Shown in pieces: positions 9,313 to 19,624 of a stretch of DNA of 64,000 bases. Below the pieces are notes generated by a model, which worked only from the letters and a program-made list of their open reading frames with translations, did no database searches and had not been told where the DNA came from. The translations under genes and the position numbers were made by a program. The stretch is taken from contig CAVXYC010000017.1 in assembly GCA_963765765.1 (NCBI GenBank), positions 32,001-96,000 on the forward strand, written 5' to 3'. Origin of the DNA: an uncultured Chloroflexia bacterium. GTDB taxonomy: Bacteria; Chloroflexota; UBA6077; JACCZL01. Positions within the stretch are counted from its first letter, which is position 1, and each line of letters starts with the position of its first letter.

Positions 9313-10551
9313 ATGAAAACTGAATTCGTGAGCGCCATTACGCAGCTCTGTAATGAAAAAGGTGTCCCGCGTGGAGTGGTCATGGAGGCCATTGAAGCGG
9401 CGCTTGTGTCTGCCTACAAGCGAAACTTCGATAAACCTAACCAGGATTTGTCGGCCAAAATTGATGAGTCGACTGGGGAAGTCCACGTCTTCTTGCATCG
9501 AAAGGTGACGTCCATCACGCCGGAGGAGCCGGTCAGCCAGTTGAGCCGGTAGAGGTTCCTAGAATCCACCGTGGGTTTAGGCGCTCCTATGGAGCCGGGC
9601 GGAACCGTGTACGAGACGATCACGGTTGAGGAAGCGCAGAAAATCGATCCGAATCTTGGCGAGGGCGATTCACTCACTGTGGACGTTACTCCGCAGCAAT
9701 TCGGACGCATCGCTGCCCAGACGGCGAAGCAAGTCGTCATGCAAAAGCTCCGTGAAGCGGAGCGCAAGATGGTCTACGACGAGTTCCAGGAGCGTGAGGG
9801 CGAGATTGTTCACGGGGTCGTCCAGCGACTGGAGCAAGGGAACGTTATCGTCGAGCTGGGACGCGCGGAAGCCGTGATGCCTCGGTCTGAGCAGGTGCCG
9901 TCGGAGCGCTACTACCCGGGCCAGCGGTTGCGAGTCTACGTTTCCGAGGTCAATGAGACCTATCGCGGGCCGCAGATCATCGTGTCACGCGGTCATCGTT
10001 TGATGCTGAGACGTCTGCTTGAGCAGGAGGTTCCCGAGATCTACAGTGGAACCGTCGAAATCAAGGCCATTGCTCGGGAAGGTGGTGCCCGTTCAAAGGT
10101 TGCGGTGGTGGCCCATCAAGCCGGGATTGACCCGGTGGGATCGTGCGTGGGCATGCGCGGTGTGCGCATTCAGAACATAGTCAATGAGCTCAACGGCGAG
10201 AAAATCGACGTCGTCGAGTGGGATGAGGACGTGAAGCGCTACGTTGCTAATGCCCTCAGTCCGGCACAGGTCTCGAGCGTTGAGACAAATGAAGATGAGA
10301 AGACCGCCACAGTGGTGGTTCCTGAGCGTCAGCTTTCGCTGGCCATTGGCAAGGAAGGCCAAAATGCTCGACTGGCGGCTAAGCTGACAGGCTGGAGAAT
10401 CGACATCAAGAGTGATCTCCAGGCTGCTGAGGAAGCTGCAGAGCCGGCGGGCTCTGCGACGGCTCCGACGGAGTCTGCGCCTGAGAGCATAGTCGCGGAG
10501 GGTAAGTCCGCGAACGGAACACTGGCGTCAAGCGAGACGCCAACAAGTTAG
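9313..10551 (+). CDS. nusA: Transcription factor NusA (apparent TAG at 9550, best explained by two compensating indels)
   Basis: N-terminal [14 protein letters not shown] and downstream [23 protein letters not shown] and [22 protein letters not shown] are all in one frame. Confidence 0.95.
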
Positions 10552-10559
10552 GCGACGGC

Positions 10560-10868
10560 GTGGCGCAGCGACATATTCCTGAGCGGACCTGCGCTGCCTG
10601 CCGCGAGCAACGGGCAAAGCGTGAGCTGGTTAGGATCGTACGTACGGCCGATGGCGCGGTCGTCGTTGATCCCACGGGAAAGCAACCTGGTCGCGGCACA
10701 TATCTCTGCCGCGAGCCACGCTGCTGGACTACCGCCTTGCGGCGGAATGCCCTGGCGGGTGCACTAAAGACAGAATTGCGGGCTGAAGATCGCACGGCTC
10801 TGACGAAGTTCGCGGACGAGCTCGTCGCCGAGATGTCAGCTTCCGACATGGGAGGAAAGCAACTATGA
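10560..10868 (+). CDS. ylxR: YlxR/RnpM family RNA-binding protein
   Basis: PERTCAACR, ELVRIVR, GRGTYLC; sits between nusA and infB. Confidence 0.93.
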   Translation: MAQRHIPERTCAACREQRAKRELVRIVRTADGAVVVDPTGKQPGRGTYLCREPRCWTTALRRNALAGALKTELRAEDRTALTKFADELVAEMSASDMGGKQL

Positions 10869-12757
10869 GTCCACGACAAATGCGCAGGCGTCCGAACCGA
10901 CCGCAGGGTAATCGACGAGGGGGCGGCCGGGCGGGTGGTCCAGCGGCAGTTGTTGACGATTCTCCCTCCCCGATTGCGACGCTTGATGGACAGCGCGTAG
11001 TCGAGATCTCACAGGCCGTTACCGTCAAAGATCTGGCTACGTTACTCAACGTTACGCCAGTGACCATCATCAAGGAATTGATGAAAAATGGCGTGCTGGC
11101 CACAGTTAACCAGATTGTGGACGCGGAAACGGCCGGCATTGTCGCCTCGGAGCTCGGTTTCGAAATACGAGAGCCGGAGAAGGCGGAAGTAGAGCCGTCG
11201 AGGCGCGGCATTGAAGTAGAGCAAGTCTCCGAATTTGAGGATGACGATCCCGCGCTCCTCTTACCCCGACCTCCAGTGGTCACAATCATGGGCCACGTGG
11301 ATCATGGGAAGACGAGTTTGCTGGACGCCATCCGTAGTACCAAGGTGGCCGCGGGCGAGTCGGGCGGGATCACACAACACATTGGCGCGTATCAGGTGGA
11401 AGTGAATGGCCAGCCGATCTCGTTTATCGATACGCCGGGTCATGCCGCGTTCACGGCCATGCGTGCTCGCGGGGCCCAGGTAACGGACATCGCCGTTATC
11501 GTGGTTGCCGCGGACGATGGTGTGATGCCGCAGACGAAAGAAGCGATCGATCACGCGCGCGCCGCGAACGTTGCGATCGTCATCGCTCTGAATAAGATGG
11601 ATCGGGACAACATCAACCCTGACCGCGTGAAGCAGCAGCTCGCCGACCAAAATGTGCTCATTGAGGAGTACGGTGGGGACATTCCTTGCATCCCCGTCTC
11701 GGCTCGGACAGGCGAGGGAATTCCCGCGCTGCTCGAGTACATCGCGACCGTCGCGGAGGTGGCTGAGCTCAAGGCAAATCCCAACCGACCTGGCCGGGGC
11801 TATGTGCTTGAATCGAAGCTGGATCGTGCCCGCGGACCCGTTGCCACCGTGTTGGTGAAATCCGGCACCCTGCGCTCAGGGGACATCGTAGTTTCGGGAA
11901 GCTCCTTTGGTCGAATCAAAGCGATGCTTGACGATCTCGGACACACGGTGAAGGAGGCCGGCCCGTCTACGCCAGTCGAGCTTCTCGGGCTCAATAGTGT
12001 TGCTCCCGCGGGAGAACGCTTTGAAGTTGTCCGTGAGGAGAAGATTGCACGACAGCGCGCCGAGGCGCGGACTGAGGCGCAGCGAGACACGGGCCAGACC
12101 GAGGTGACTCTGGAAGACGTGTTCGCCCAGATTCAGGCCGGCCAAGTAAAGGAGCTTAACGTCGTCGTCAAGGCCGACGTGCAAGGTTCCGTTGAGCCAA
12201 TTGCCTCATCGCTGGACAAGCAGACTCAAGAAGGTGCGCGCATCCGGGTCATCCATGCGGCTGTCGGGAACATTACTGAATCCGACGTGATGCTAGCGGC
12301 AGCCTCACATGCTGTCGTGGTGGGCTTCCGTGTCAAGTTGGAACCGGGCGCCAAGCGGACAGCCGACTCACAGCGCGTTGATCTTCGCTTTTATGATGTG
12401 ATCTATGAGCTGGTGGACGACCTCGAGAAGGCTGTGAAGGGCCTCCTCGGACCGACCATCTCCGAGGTTGTAGAAGGTCATGCCGAGGTACGGCAAATCT
12501 TCCGAATCGGCCGAAATGCTGTCGCCGGCTGCTACGTCCTGGACGGCTCTATCCATCGCAACAGTCGGGTCCGAATCCTGCGTCGTGGCGATCTGCTCTA
12601 CGAAGGGCGCATCAATACGCTTCGGCGATTCAAGGACGATGTGCGCGACGTGGCCACCGGTTACGAGTGCGGCATCGGAATTGAAGGGTTCACCGGTTTC
12701 GAGGAGGGTGACGTGCTCGAGGCCTTCGGAGAAGTCGAGACCCCGGCCGGAGCGTAG
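10865..12757 (+). CDS. infB: Translation initiation factor IF-2
   Basis: [41 protein letters not shown]. Confidence 0.98.
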   Translation: MSPRQMRRRPNRPQGNRRGGGRAGGPAAVVDDSPSPIATLDGQRVVEISQAVTVKDLATLLNVTPVTIIKELMKNGVLATVNQIVDAETAGIVASELGFEIREPEKAEVEPSRRGIEVEQVSEFEDDDPALLLPRPPVVTIMGHVDHGKTSLLDAIRSTKVAAGESGGITQHIGAYQVEVNGQPISFIDTPGHAAFTAMRARGAQVTDIAVIVVAADDGVMPQTKEAIDHARAANVAIVIALNKMDRDNINPDRVKQQLADQNVLIEEYGGDIPCIPVSARTGEGIPALLEYIATVAEVAELKANPNRPGRGYVLESKLDRARGPVATVLVKSGTLRSGDIVVSGSSFGRIKAMLDDLGHTVKEAGPSTPVELLGLNSVAPAGERFEVVREEKIARQRAEARTEAQRDTGQTEVTLEDVFAQIQAGQVKELNVVVKADVQGSVEPIASSLDKQTQEGARIRVIHAAVGNITESDVMLAAASHAVVVGFRVKLEPGAKRTADSQRVDLRFYDVIYELVDDLEKAVKGLLGPTISEVVEGHAEVRQIFRIGRNAVAGCYVLDGSIHRNSRVRILRRGDLLYEGRINTLRRFKDDVRDVATGYECGIGIEGFTGFEEGDVLEAFGEVETPAGA

Positions 12758-12774
12758 GCCGTGAGGAGGCGAAC

Positions 12775-13158
12775 GTGCCGAATCGGCGATTGCTCCGAAT
12801 CAATGAGCTGATTCGGGCCGAGCTTGCGGATTTATTGCGGCGTGAGACGGAAGATCCGCAGCTTCACAACCTGATCAGCTTTACGGAGGTAAGGACGGCT
12901 CCTGACTTTACCGCCGCAAAGGTCTACGTCAGTATCTACGGAACTGACGAGGAGATGGCGGCGACGATGGCGCGCCTCCGCAAGGCGGCGCGCTTCTTCC
13001 GCCGCGAGCTCGCCGCTCGACTGAACCTGCGACATACTCCGTTAATAAATTTCGAGCTTGACCCATCGATCCAGCAGGGTCAACGCGTGATGGAGCTGCT
13101 CGGAACAATTGAGGCATCCGCCTCCGTGGACGGAGCTCGCTCGGAGGGCTCGAGCTGA
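12775..13158 (+). CDS. rbfA: Ribosome-binding factor A
   Basis: RINELIR, AKVYVS, LNLRHTPLINFELD; follows infB. Confidence 0.94.
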   Translation: MPNRRLLRINELIRAELADLLRRETEDPQLHNLISFTEVRTAPDFTAAKVYVSIYGTDEEMAATMARLRKAARFFRRELAARLNLRHTPLINFELDPSIQQGQRVMELLGTIEASASVDGARSEGSS

Positions 13159-14075
13159 ACGCCCCGCCCCCCGTCACGCACGGGGTTCTCAATATGTGCA
13201 AGCCGCGGGGGGCGTCATCGCATCAAATGGTGTCGGTCGCGCGACGATTGTTTCACCAGAAGCGTGTTGGGCACGCTGGCACATTGGATCCTCTCGCCGA
13301 GGGAGTGTTACCGGTCCTTCTCGGTCGAGCCACGCGGCTCGCAGACTATGTGTCTGGTGGGGACAAGGTCTACTACGCGGAAGTGATTCTGGGCACCGTC
13401 ACATCGACTGACGATCTCGAAGGCGAAACGGTCTCCGTTTCGGCAGCTCCTGAGCTCAGAGACACCGAGATCCGGCAGGTGCTGGACACTTTTATTGGAG
13501 AAGTCGAACAGATCCCACCGGTGTATTCGGCGATCAAGTTAGGCGGACAGACGTCTTATCGTCGTGTCCGCCGCGGCGAGCACGTGGAGCTTGTCGCTCG
13601 AAGAATCCGCATCGAGGAGTTACGTTTCATTCGTCGTACAGCCGACCGCCTGTCCCTTGTTATACGTTGCGGGAAAGGCACGTATATTCGCGCTCTCGCT
13701 CGAGACATTGGCCAAAAGCTAGGGTGCGGTGCAACGTTGGGTCGGTTGATACGCCTGCGTGTTGGAGACTTCGATCTCCGTGACGCGGTGACTCCGTCCG
13801 AGCTAGATATCGCATCTGATGCCGATGCGCTCCGCCGATTCGTCCTGCCGCCAGATCATGCCTGCTTGCAGCTCAGGGCTCTCAGACTGGATCAAGTAAA
13901 CACGGCGCGCGCGTTCAAAGGCCAGGCATGGCCGGCTGAGCCGGGAGAGAATGACACCGTTCGGACCTACACGGACCGAGGCACGTTCCTCGGATTGGCC
14001 CGTCGGGAGCCTGATCACGATGACAATGTAGATCGCACCTGGTGGCGATTGCGCGTAATGGTGGGAGACGCATGA
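13155..14075 (+). CDS. truB: tRNA pseudouridine(55) synthase TruB (likely CTG start at 13155)
   Basis: HGVLNMCKP, VGHAGTLDPLAEGVL, QIPPVYSAIK, CGKGTYIRALARDIG. Confidence 0.95.
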   Translation: MNAPPPVTHGVLNMCKPRGASSHQMVSVARRLFHQKRVGHAGTLDPLAEGVLPVLLGRATRLADYVSGGDKVYYAEVILGTVTSTDDLEGETVSVSAAPELRDTEIRQVLDTFIGEVEQIPPVYSAIKLGGQTSYRRVRRGEHVELVARRIRIEELRFIRRTADRLSLVIRCGKGTYIRALARDIGQKLGCGATLGRLIRLRVGDFDLRDAVTPSELDIASDADALRRFVLPPDHACLQLRALRLDQVNTARAFKGQAWPAEPGENDTVRTYTDRGTFLGLARREPDHDDNVDRTWWRLRVMVGDA

Positions 14076-14992
14076 CCACGGCCCACAGTCGGCCGAAGGC
14101 CGTGGCCACGATCGGAGCTTTTGATGGCGTCCACCTTGGTCATCGAGCGCTGCTAAACCATGTAGTGGATCGAGCCCGCGAGCTCAATGCGACGAGCTGG
14201 TGTGTCACGTTCGATCCACATCCCGACGTGGTGATGCGACCCCAGAGACGACATACCTATCTCGCTGCACTGGACCAGAGAGTCGCGCTCATACACGAGC
14301 AGGGCGTTGAGACTGTAAAGGTCTTTGAGTTCACGCGGAAGCTCTCATCGGTTACGCCCGAAGAGTTTGTAGCCATGATGCAGGATGATTGCATGCTGGT
14401 GGAGCTCTGGGTAGGGCCAGATTTCGCCATGGGCCGTGGACGGTCGGGGACGCCCGAGAAGATGGCCGAAATTGGCAAGCGTGAGGGCTTTTCCGTTGCT
14501 GTGATGCAGCCCCACTCCCGTGGCGATGAGATTGTGAGCTCAACGCGGATTCGACAGCTCCTCGCGGAAGGCGAGCTCGAGGAAGCTGCAACGCTTCTTG
14601 GGCGTGCGTACACACTGCGTGGCACCGTTGAGTCCGGAGCTGGTCGAGGTACGCCGCTAGGATTTCCTACAGCGAATGTTCGACCGCCAGCCGATATGAC
14701 GATGCCCGCCGATGGCGTCTATGTCGTCAGGGTCAAAGTCGGTGAAACGCTACGGCCCGGGGTAGCCAACTTCGGCGGACGACCAACGTTTCACGAACAC
14801 GAACGACTGATCGAGGCTCACCTGTTCGATTTTTCCGATAACCTGCGCGGTCTTACGGTGGACGTGGAATTTCTGCATCGCATCCGTCCGGTGCAGGCGT
14901 TTGGCTCAGTCGACGCGCTGATTGAACAGATCCATAAGGACGCTGCTTCCGCGCGAGGTTGGTTCGCCGACCACGAAGGAAAATGTAGCTAG
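14072..14992 (+). CDS. ribF: Bifunctional riboflavin kinase / FAD synthetase
   Basis: IGAFDGVHLGHR, TFDPHP, VSSTRIR, LGFPTAN, IEAHLFDF. Confidence 0.96.
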   Translation: MTTAHSRPKAVATIGAFDGVHLGHRALLNHVVDRARELNATSWCVTFDPHPDVVMRPQRRHTYLAALDQRVALIHEQGVETVKVFEFTRKLSSVTPEEFVAMMQDDCMLVELWVGPDFAMGRGRSGTPEKMAEIGKREGFSVAVMQPHSRGDEIVSSTRIRQLLAEGELEEAATLLGRAYTLRGTVESGAGRGTPLGFPTANVRPPADMTMPADGVYVVRVKVGETLRPGVANFGGRPTFHEHERLIEAHLFDFSDNLRGLTVDVEFLHRIRPVQAFGSVDALIEQIHKDAASARGWFADHEGKCS

Positions 14993-14999
14993 ACGAACT

Positions 15000-15048
15000 C
15001 CAACGAGCTGCCCGTGGGGCGGATTCCGCTCTACGGGCAGCTCGTTGG
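15000..15048. terminator. Long hairpin between convergent ribF and EF-G2 (bidirectional terminator or REP-like)
   Basis: CCAACGAGCTGCCCGTGGGGCGG pairs with CCGCTCTACGGGCAGCTCGTTGG (two G-U pairs). Confidence 0.7.
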
Positions 15049-15076
15049 CCGAACTAAAGCCGATTAGCTCACTCGA

Positions 15077-17133
15077 TCAGTGTGCGGCGGCCTTTGCCTC
15101 CACGTCCTTTTTGTGCTTCTCGATGATCTGCTGCTGGAGGTTTGCAGGTACCTCTTGATAGTGCGAGAAGCGCGTGGTGTAGGTGCCGCGGCCTTGAGTC
15201 ATGGACCTGAGATCCGTGGCATAACGTAGGATTTCCGCGTACGGCACGGAGGCTGTTACGGCGGTCAAGCCTCCGGCGGGCTGCATGCCGTGCACGTGCG
15301 CTCGGCGGCTGTTCAGGTCACCCATGATGTCACCCGTGTACTCCTCGGGAACGGTCACTTCCACTTCCATGACCGGCTCCAGGAGCGACGGATGGGCCTC
15401 CGCGGCGGCTTCCTTGAAGCCAATTGACCCGGCCATCTTGAAGGCAGCTTCAGACGAGTCAACCGGATGATACTTCCCGTCAACGAGGCTCACTCGAACG
15501 TCCACCACGGGAAACCCAGCGACAATTCCGTGATCCAGTGCCTCACGCACACCCTTTTCAACGGCCGGAATGAACTGACGCGGCACGACTCCGCCGACGA
15601 TCTTGTCCACAAACTCGAACTGTCCACCGCGGTCCGTGGGCTCGACTTGCAGGACGGCGACACCGTATTGACCGTGGCCGCCGGTCTGCCGAACAAATCG
15701 ACCGGTGGCTTTGCCTACAGCGGTGATGGTCTCACGGTAGGGAACCGACGGTGTGTGAATGCTTACGTGGGCCGCGAACTTGCGCGCCATACGTTCTACG
15801 GCGATTTCGACGTGCGATTCCCCGAGGGCCGGACATAATCGTCTCGCCGGTGGAGTCGTCTCGGTGCACGTGGAGGGTTGGGTCCTCCTCCATGATCCGC
15901 TGGAGCGCCGAGCTTAGCTTGTCAACGTCAGCCTTCGTCTTTGGCTCGATCGCCGAGGAGAACGATGGCTCGGGGAAGACGATTGGGGCTAGTTTGACCT
16001 GGTGATCCTTCGTAGCAAGCGTATCGCCCGTTGACGTTTCAGCCAGCTTGGGAATGACCGCGATATCGCCAACCGTGGCCTTCTGGATTGGCTCCTGGTG
16101 CTTGCCGCGCATATGGAAGAGCTGGCCGATGCGCTCATCGTGGCTCTTATTCACATTCCAGATGTGCGAGTCAGCGGAGAGCTCTCCGCTGTACACGCGA
16201 ACATAGCTGAGGCGTCCAATGAACGGATCAGAAATAGACTTGATTACGAGGCCTGCGAAAGGCAGCTCTTCGGGCCGCTTGACTTCGCCGTCTGCCAGGC
16301 GCACGCGCGCCTCGGTAGCGTTGGGAAGCAGTTCAACGATCGCGTCAAGAAGGCACTCCACACCGCGCGGAGGGATAGCCGTCCCGCACAGCACCGGCAC
16401 GATCTTGCCGGCGGCACACCGCGGATGCGAGTCCGTTACTCAGCTCCTCAGAGCTGATCTCCTCGCCCTCCAAGTATTTCACGAGTAGCTCGTCATCCTG
16501 CTCGGAGACGGCCTCAACAAGCATTTCACGATATCGATCGAGATCAGCTGATATCTCGGCGGGGGGCTCACCGGCCTCGCCTCCATCGAGATACGCTCGA
16601 CGGTGCAGAACTTCCGCGACGCCCTTCAGATCGTGCTCCTTGCCTATTGGCATCATCAGAGGTACAACGGCCTTGCCGTACCGATCACGAAGCGCGCTCA
16701 TCACAACGTCGAAATCGGCATTCTCGCGTTCGAGCTTGTTGACAAATATCAGGCGCGGTAGCTCCAGTTGATCCGCTTGCCGCCACACGGCCTCCGTACC
16801 CACTTGGATGCCTGCGACTCCATCGATCACGACAATCACGCTGTCCGCGGCCCTTGTCGCCTCGACGACCTCGCCGAAAAAGTCGGCGTAGCCTGGCGCG
16901 TCTATCAAGTTGATCTGGGCATCACGCCAGGTCAGGGGCGCAAGAGCCAGACTCACCGACATGTGCCGTTTGAGTTCATCGGGGTCGAAGTCGGTCGTGC
17001 TCGAACCGTCTTCAACCTTGCCAAGACGATTCACCGCGCCGCTCTTAAAGAGCATGGCCTCCGCCAGCGACGTCTTGCCGGCTCCGCCATGGGAAACCAG
17101 CGCCACATTGAACAATCGGGAAGGATCGGACAT
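15077..17133 (-). CDS. fusA2: Elongation factor G paralog (EF-G2), two +1 indels near 16416 and 15826
   Basis: SHGGAGKTSLAEAML, DAPGYADF, NKLERENADF; then EEDPTL, VPYRETI, RQTGGHGQYG, GKYHPVDSSEAAF and LRSMTQGRG across three ORFs. Confidence 0.93.
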
Positions 17134-17368
17134 GTGTCTCCATCACTCCTTCGTGAAGGGATGAATGCTCGTCCGCCAGTGTACCACCGCTAAACGAAGA
17201 GCGCTCGCATTGGCGAATCAGCACAACGATTCGGCGGTCTCGCGCACAACTCATTGTTGTAAGACGGGGTCGGAAGGCGGAGTTGCCGTCGAATATCTCG
17301 ACGCGCACATGTTAAGATTCTTGTTACGACGCTACCGGTAACGCGCGAGTGGCACTCAAAGGAAGCTC

Positions 17369-18136
17369 ATGTCCGGTCATTCCAAGTGGTCCCAGATTAA
17401 GCGTCAGAAAGGCGCAGCTGACGCCAAGCGGGGCCAGTTGTTCACCAAGCTTGGGCGCGAGATCGTCGTCTCCGCGCGAGCCGGAGGGCCCGATCCTGAT
17501 GGCAATGCGCGATTGCGCATGGCAGTTGCGCGAGCACGCGAGGCCAATATGCCGATGGACACCATAGATCGGGCAATCAAACGCGGTGCAGGCGCCGCGG
17601 ACGGTCCGGCCCTGGAAGAAATCGTGTACGAGGGGTACGGGCCCGGTGGTGTTGCGCTGCTCGTAGAAGCGATGACAGACAATCGCAATCGCACCGTTGC
17701 CGAGGTGCGTAACGTGCTCAATCGTGGTGGCGGGACTCTTGGTGAGTCGGGCTGCGTTTCATGGTTGTTCGACAATCGCGGCGTGATTGTGGTGCATGGG
17801 GATGCGGAGACACTCGAAACGATTGCTCTCGAATCAATCGACGCGGGCGCCGAGGACTTTGCGATCTCAGGCGATACGCTGGAGATTTACTCAAATCCGT
17901 CTGGACTCGAGGATGTTCGGTCGTCACTCGAGCAACGGAAAATAGAGATAGATTCCGCTGATCTGGCCATGATTCCGAAGTCCACCATTGCTCTTGAAGC
18001 TAAGGAAGCAATGTCAATGCTTCGACTGATGGAGCGATTGGAAGACCTGGATGACGTGCAACGCGTCTATAGCAATATCGAGATGTCTGATTCGCTCCTG
18101 AGCGAATTCGAAGCAAGCGCATCGTCCGCTCACTAG
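17369..18136 (+). CDS. yebC: YebC/PmpR family protein
   Basis: MSGHSKWSQIKRQK, YEGYGPGGVA, TDNRNRT, LEDLDDVQRVYSN. Confidence 0.96.
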   Translation: MSGHSKWSQIKRQKGAADAKRGQLFTKLGREIVVSARAGGPDPDGNARLRMAVARAREANMPMDTIDRAIKRGAGAADGPALEEIVYEGYGPGGVALLVEAMTDNRNRTVAEVRNVLNRGGGTLGESGCVSWLFDNRGVIVVHGDAETLETIALESIDAGAEDFAISGDTLEIYSNPSGLEDVRSSLEQRKIEIDSADLAMIPKSTIALEAKEAMSMLRLMERLEDLDDVQRVYSNIEMSDSLLSEFEASASSAH

Positions 18137-18188
18137 GCCGTCCTTTACGGGCGAGCTGGACGGAAATCTAGGAACGAAGGTATAGCGA

Positions 18189-18680
18189 ATGCTGGAATCG
18201 GCTGATGTCCAGGACGGGCAGGAGTCGCCAAAGTACTTTATAGACACGACCTGGTTTGATGAGAACGGTCTCTCATTTCAGGATATCGGCCAGGATCGTA
18301 TGTGCGATCCCTGCCGCGCACAGATAGGAACTGAGACAGAGGATCGTGTTACGAGCATCGATCCCAAAACGAAGCGGGTCTCCTTCGAGTTCACCAAGGT
18401 CCCATTTGGACACGATCCGCTCAAGACGATTAGCGAGGATTGCGCCAAGAAGCGCGACTTCATCACACCCGAGATGCCTACGCTCGAAGCCGTCTTCCGA
18501 ATTTTTCTGGCCAACGGCAATCAGCCGATGCCGCTGGAGCACGTTCGTGAACAGCTTGCGGAGTGGTGTCCTGGCGGCGGCTGCCAGTGGCTACTCGTAC
18601 CGATCGATCAGCTCGAGCGCGTGATCATGAATGACACGTACTATGGACTTCGTCAGTTCACAGAAGGACTCGCGGAATAG
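18189..18680 (+). CDS. Hypothetical Cys-containing protein
   Basis: Plausible 163-aa ORF co-oriented with yebC and followed by a terminator. Contains CDPC, a single C and CPGGGC. Confidence 0.7.
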   Translation: MLESADVQDGQESPKYFIDTTWFDENGLSFQDIGQDRMCDPCRAQIGTETEDRVTSIDPKTKRVSFEFTKVPFGHDPLKTISEDCAKKRDFITPEMPTLEAVFRIFLANGNQPMPLEHVREQLAEWCPGGGCQWLLVPIDQLERVIMNDTYYGLRQFTEGLAE

Positions 18681-18719
18681 CGGGGCAGTGCCTCGAGAGT
18701 AGATCCGCCATACTGAGTT

Positions 18720-18754
18720 GACCGTAGAGCCGATCGCTGCTCTACGGTCTTTTT
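18720..18754 (+). terminator. Rho-independent terminator
   Basis: GACCGTAGAGC-loop-GCTCTACGGTC followed by TTTTT. Confidence 0.8.
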
Positions 18755-18757
18755 CGT

Positions 18758-19624
18758 TTAACAGACTTTACTGCGAATGTACTCTCGAAATTCGGCACCC
18801 AGGCCCTCGCGCGCGAGGGCTACGTCGATTGTTGCTTGAAGAATCTGGAGCTGATTCCCGGCATCATAGCGGCGCCCGCTGAATGTGCTGGCGTAGAGAC
18901 GCCCGCGCTCGGCCAGCACATTCAGAGCATCGGCAAGCCAGATCTCGCCACCCTGGCCCGCCTGAGTCTGCTCAAGAATCTCAAAGCTCTCGGGCGTCAA
19001 AACGTAGCCCTTCACCGTGGCAAGCCGTGACGGTGCCTGATCTCGGGCCGGCTTTTCGATAAGCCGACTCACCTTGTACGCGCGTTCGTCCACGGCCTCA
19101 CCCGCTATAACGCCGTATTTGCTCACGTCGGCCTCAGCGACTTCCATGACCGCGCAGACCGAGGCGCCGTAACGCTCGTAGACGTCGATGAGCTCACGAG
19201 TGCAGGGCGGATCACCGAGGACGATGTCGTCGCCCCAGAGTACGGCGAATGGCTGATTGCCAACGACCTCACGAGCGCAAAGCACCGCGTGCCCATTGCC
19301 TAGCGGCTCCGCCTGGCGGACGTAGGTGAACGATGCCATGTTGGCGATGCCGCGCAAGCCATCCGCCTCGCGAGTTTTCCCCGCGGCTCTAAGACGCTGA
19401 TCCATCTCATAGAAGTAGTCGAAGTGATCCTCGATGGCACGTTTGGCGGCGCTTGTGACAATGACGATGTGCTCGATCCCAGAAGCAACAGCCTCCTCCA
19501 CCACGTACTGGATCACTGGTTTGTCAACGATCGGGATCATTTCTTTGGGCACTGCTTTCGTTGCGGGGAGCATGCGCGTGCCCAAGCCGGCTGCCGGAAT
19601 AACGGCACATCGAACCGCGGTCAT
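18758..19624 (-). CDS. galU: UTP-glucose-1-phosphate uridylyltransferase
   Basis: AVIPAAGLGTRMLPATKAVPKEM, QAEPLGNGHAV, LIEKP, GEIWLADAL. Confidence 0.95.
   Translation of the reverse strand: MTAVRCAVIPAAGLGTRMLPATKAVPKEMIPIVDKPVIQYVVEEAVASGIEHIVIVTSAAKRAIEDHFDYFYEMDQRLRAAGKTREADGLRGIANMASFTYVRQAEPLGNGHAVLCAREVVGNQPFAVLWGDDIVLGDPPCTRELIDVYERYGASVCAVMEVAEADVSKYGVIAGEAVDERAYKVSRLIEKPARDQAPSRLATVKGYVLTPESFEILEQTQAGQGGEIWLADALNVLAERGRLYASTFSGRRYDAGNQLQILQATIDVALAREGLGAEFREYIRSKVC

Noticed and set aside
9550-9552. In-frame TAG in nusA as stop-codon readthrough, pyrrolysine or recoding
   Set aside because: Explained by two compensating indels within an EPV repeat. Many genes here end normally in TAG, and no pyl genes are in the window.
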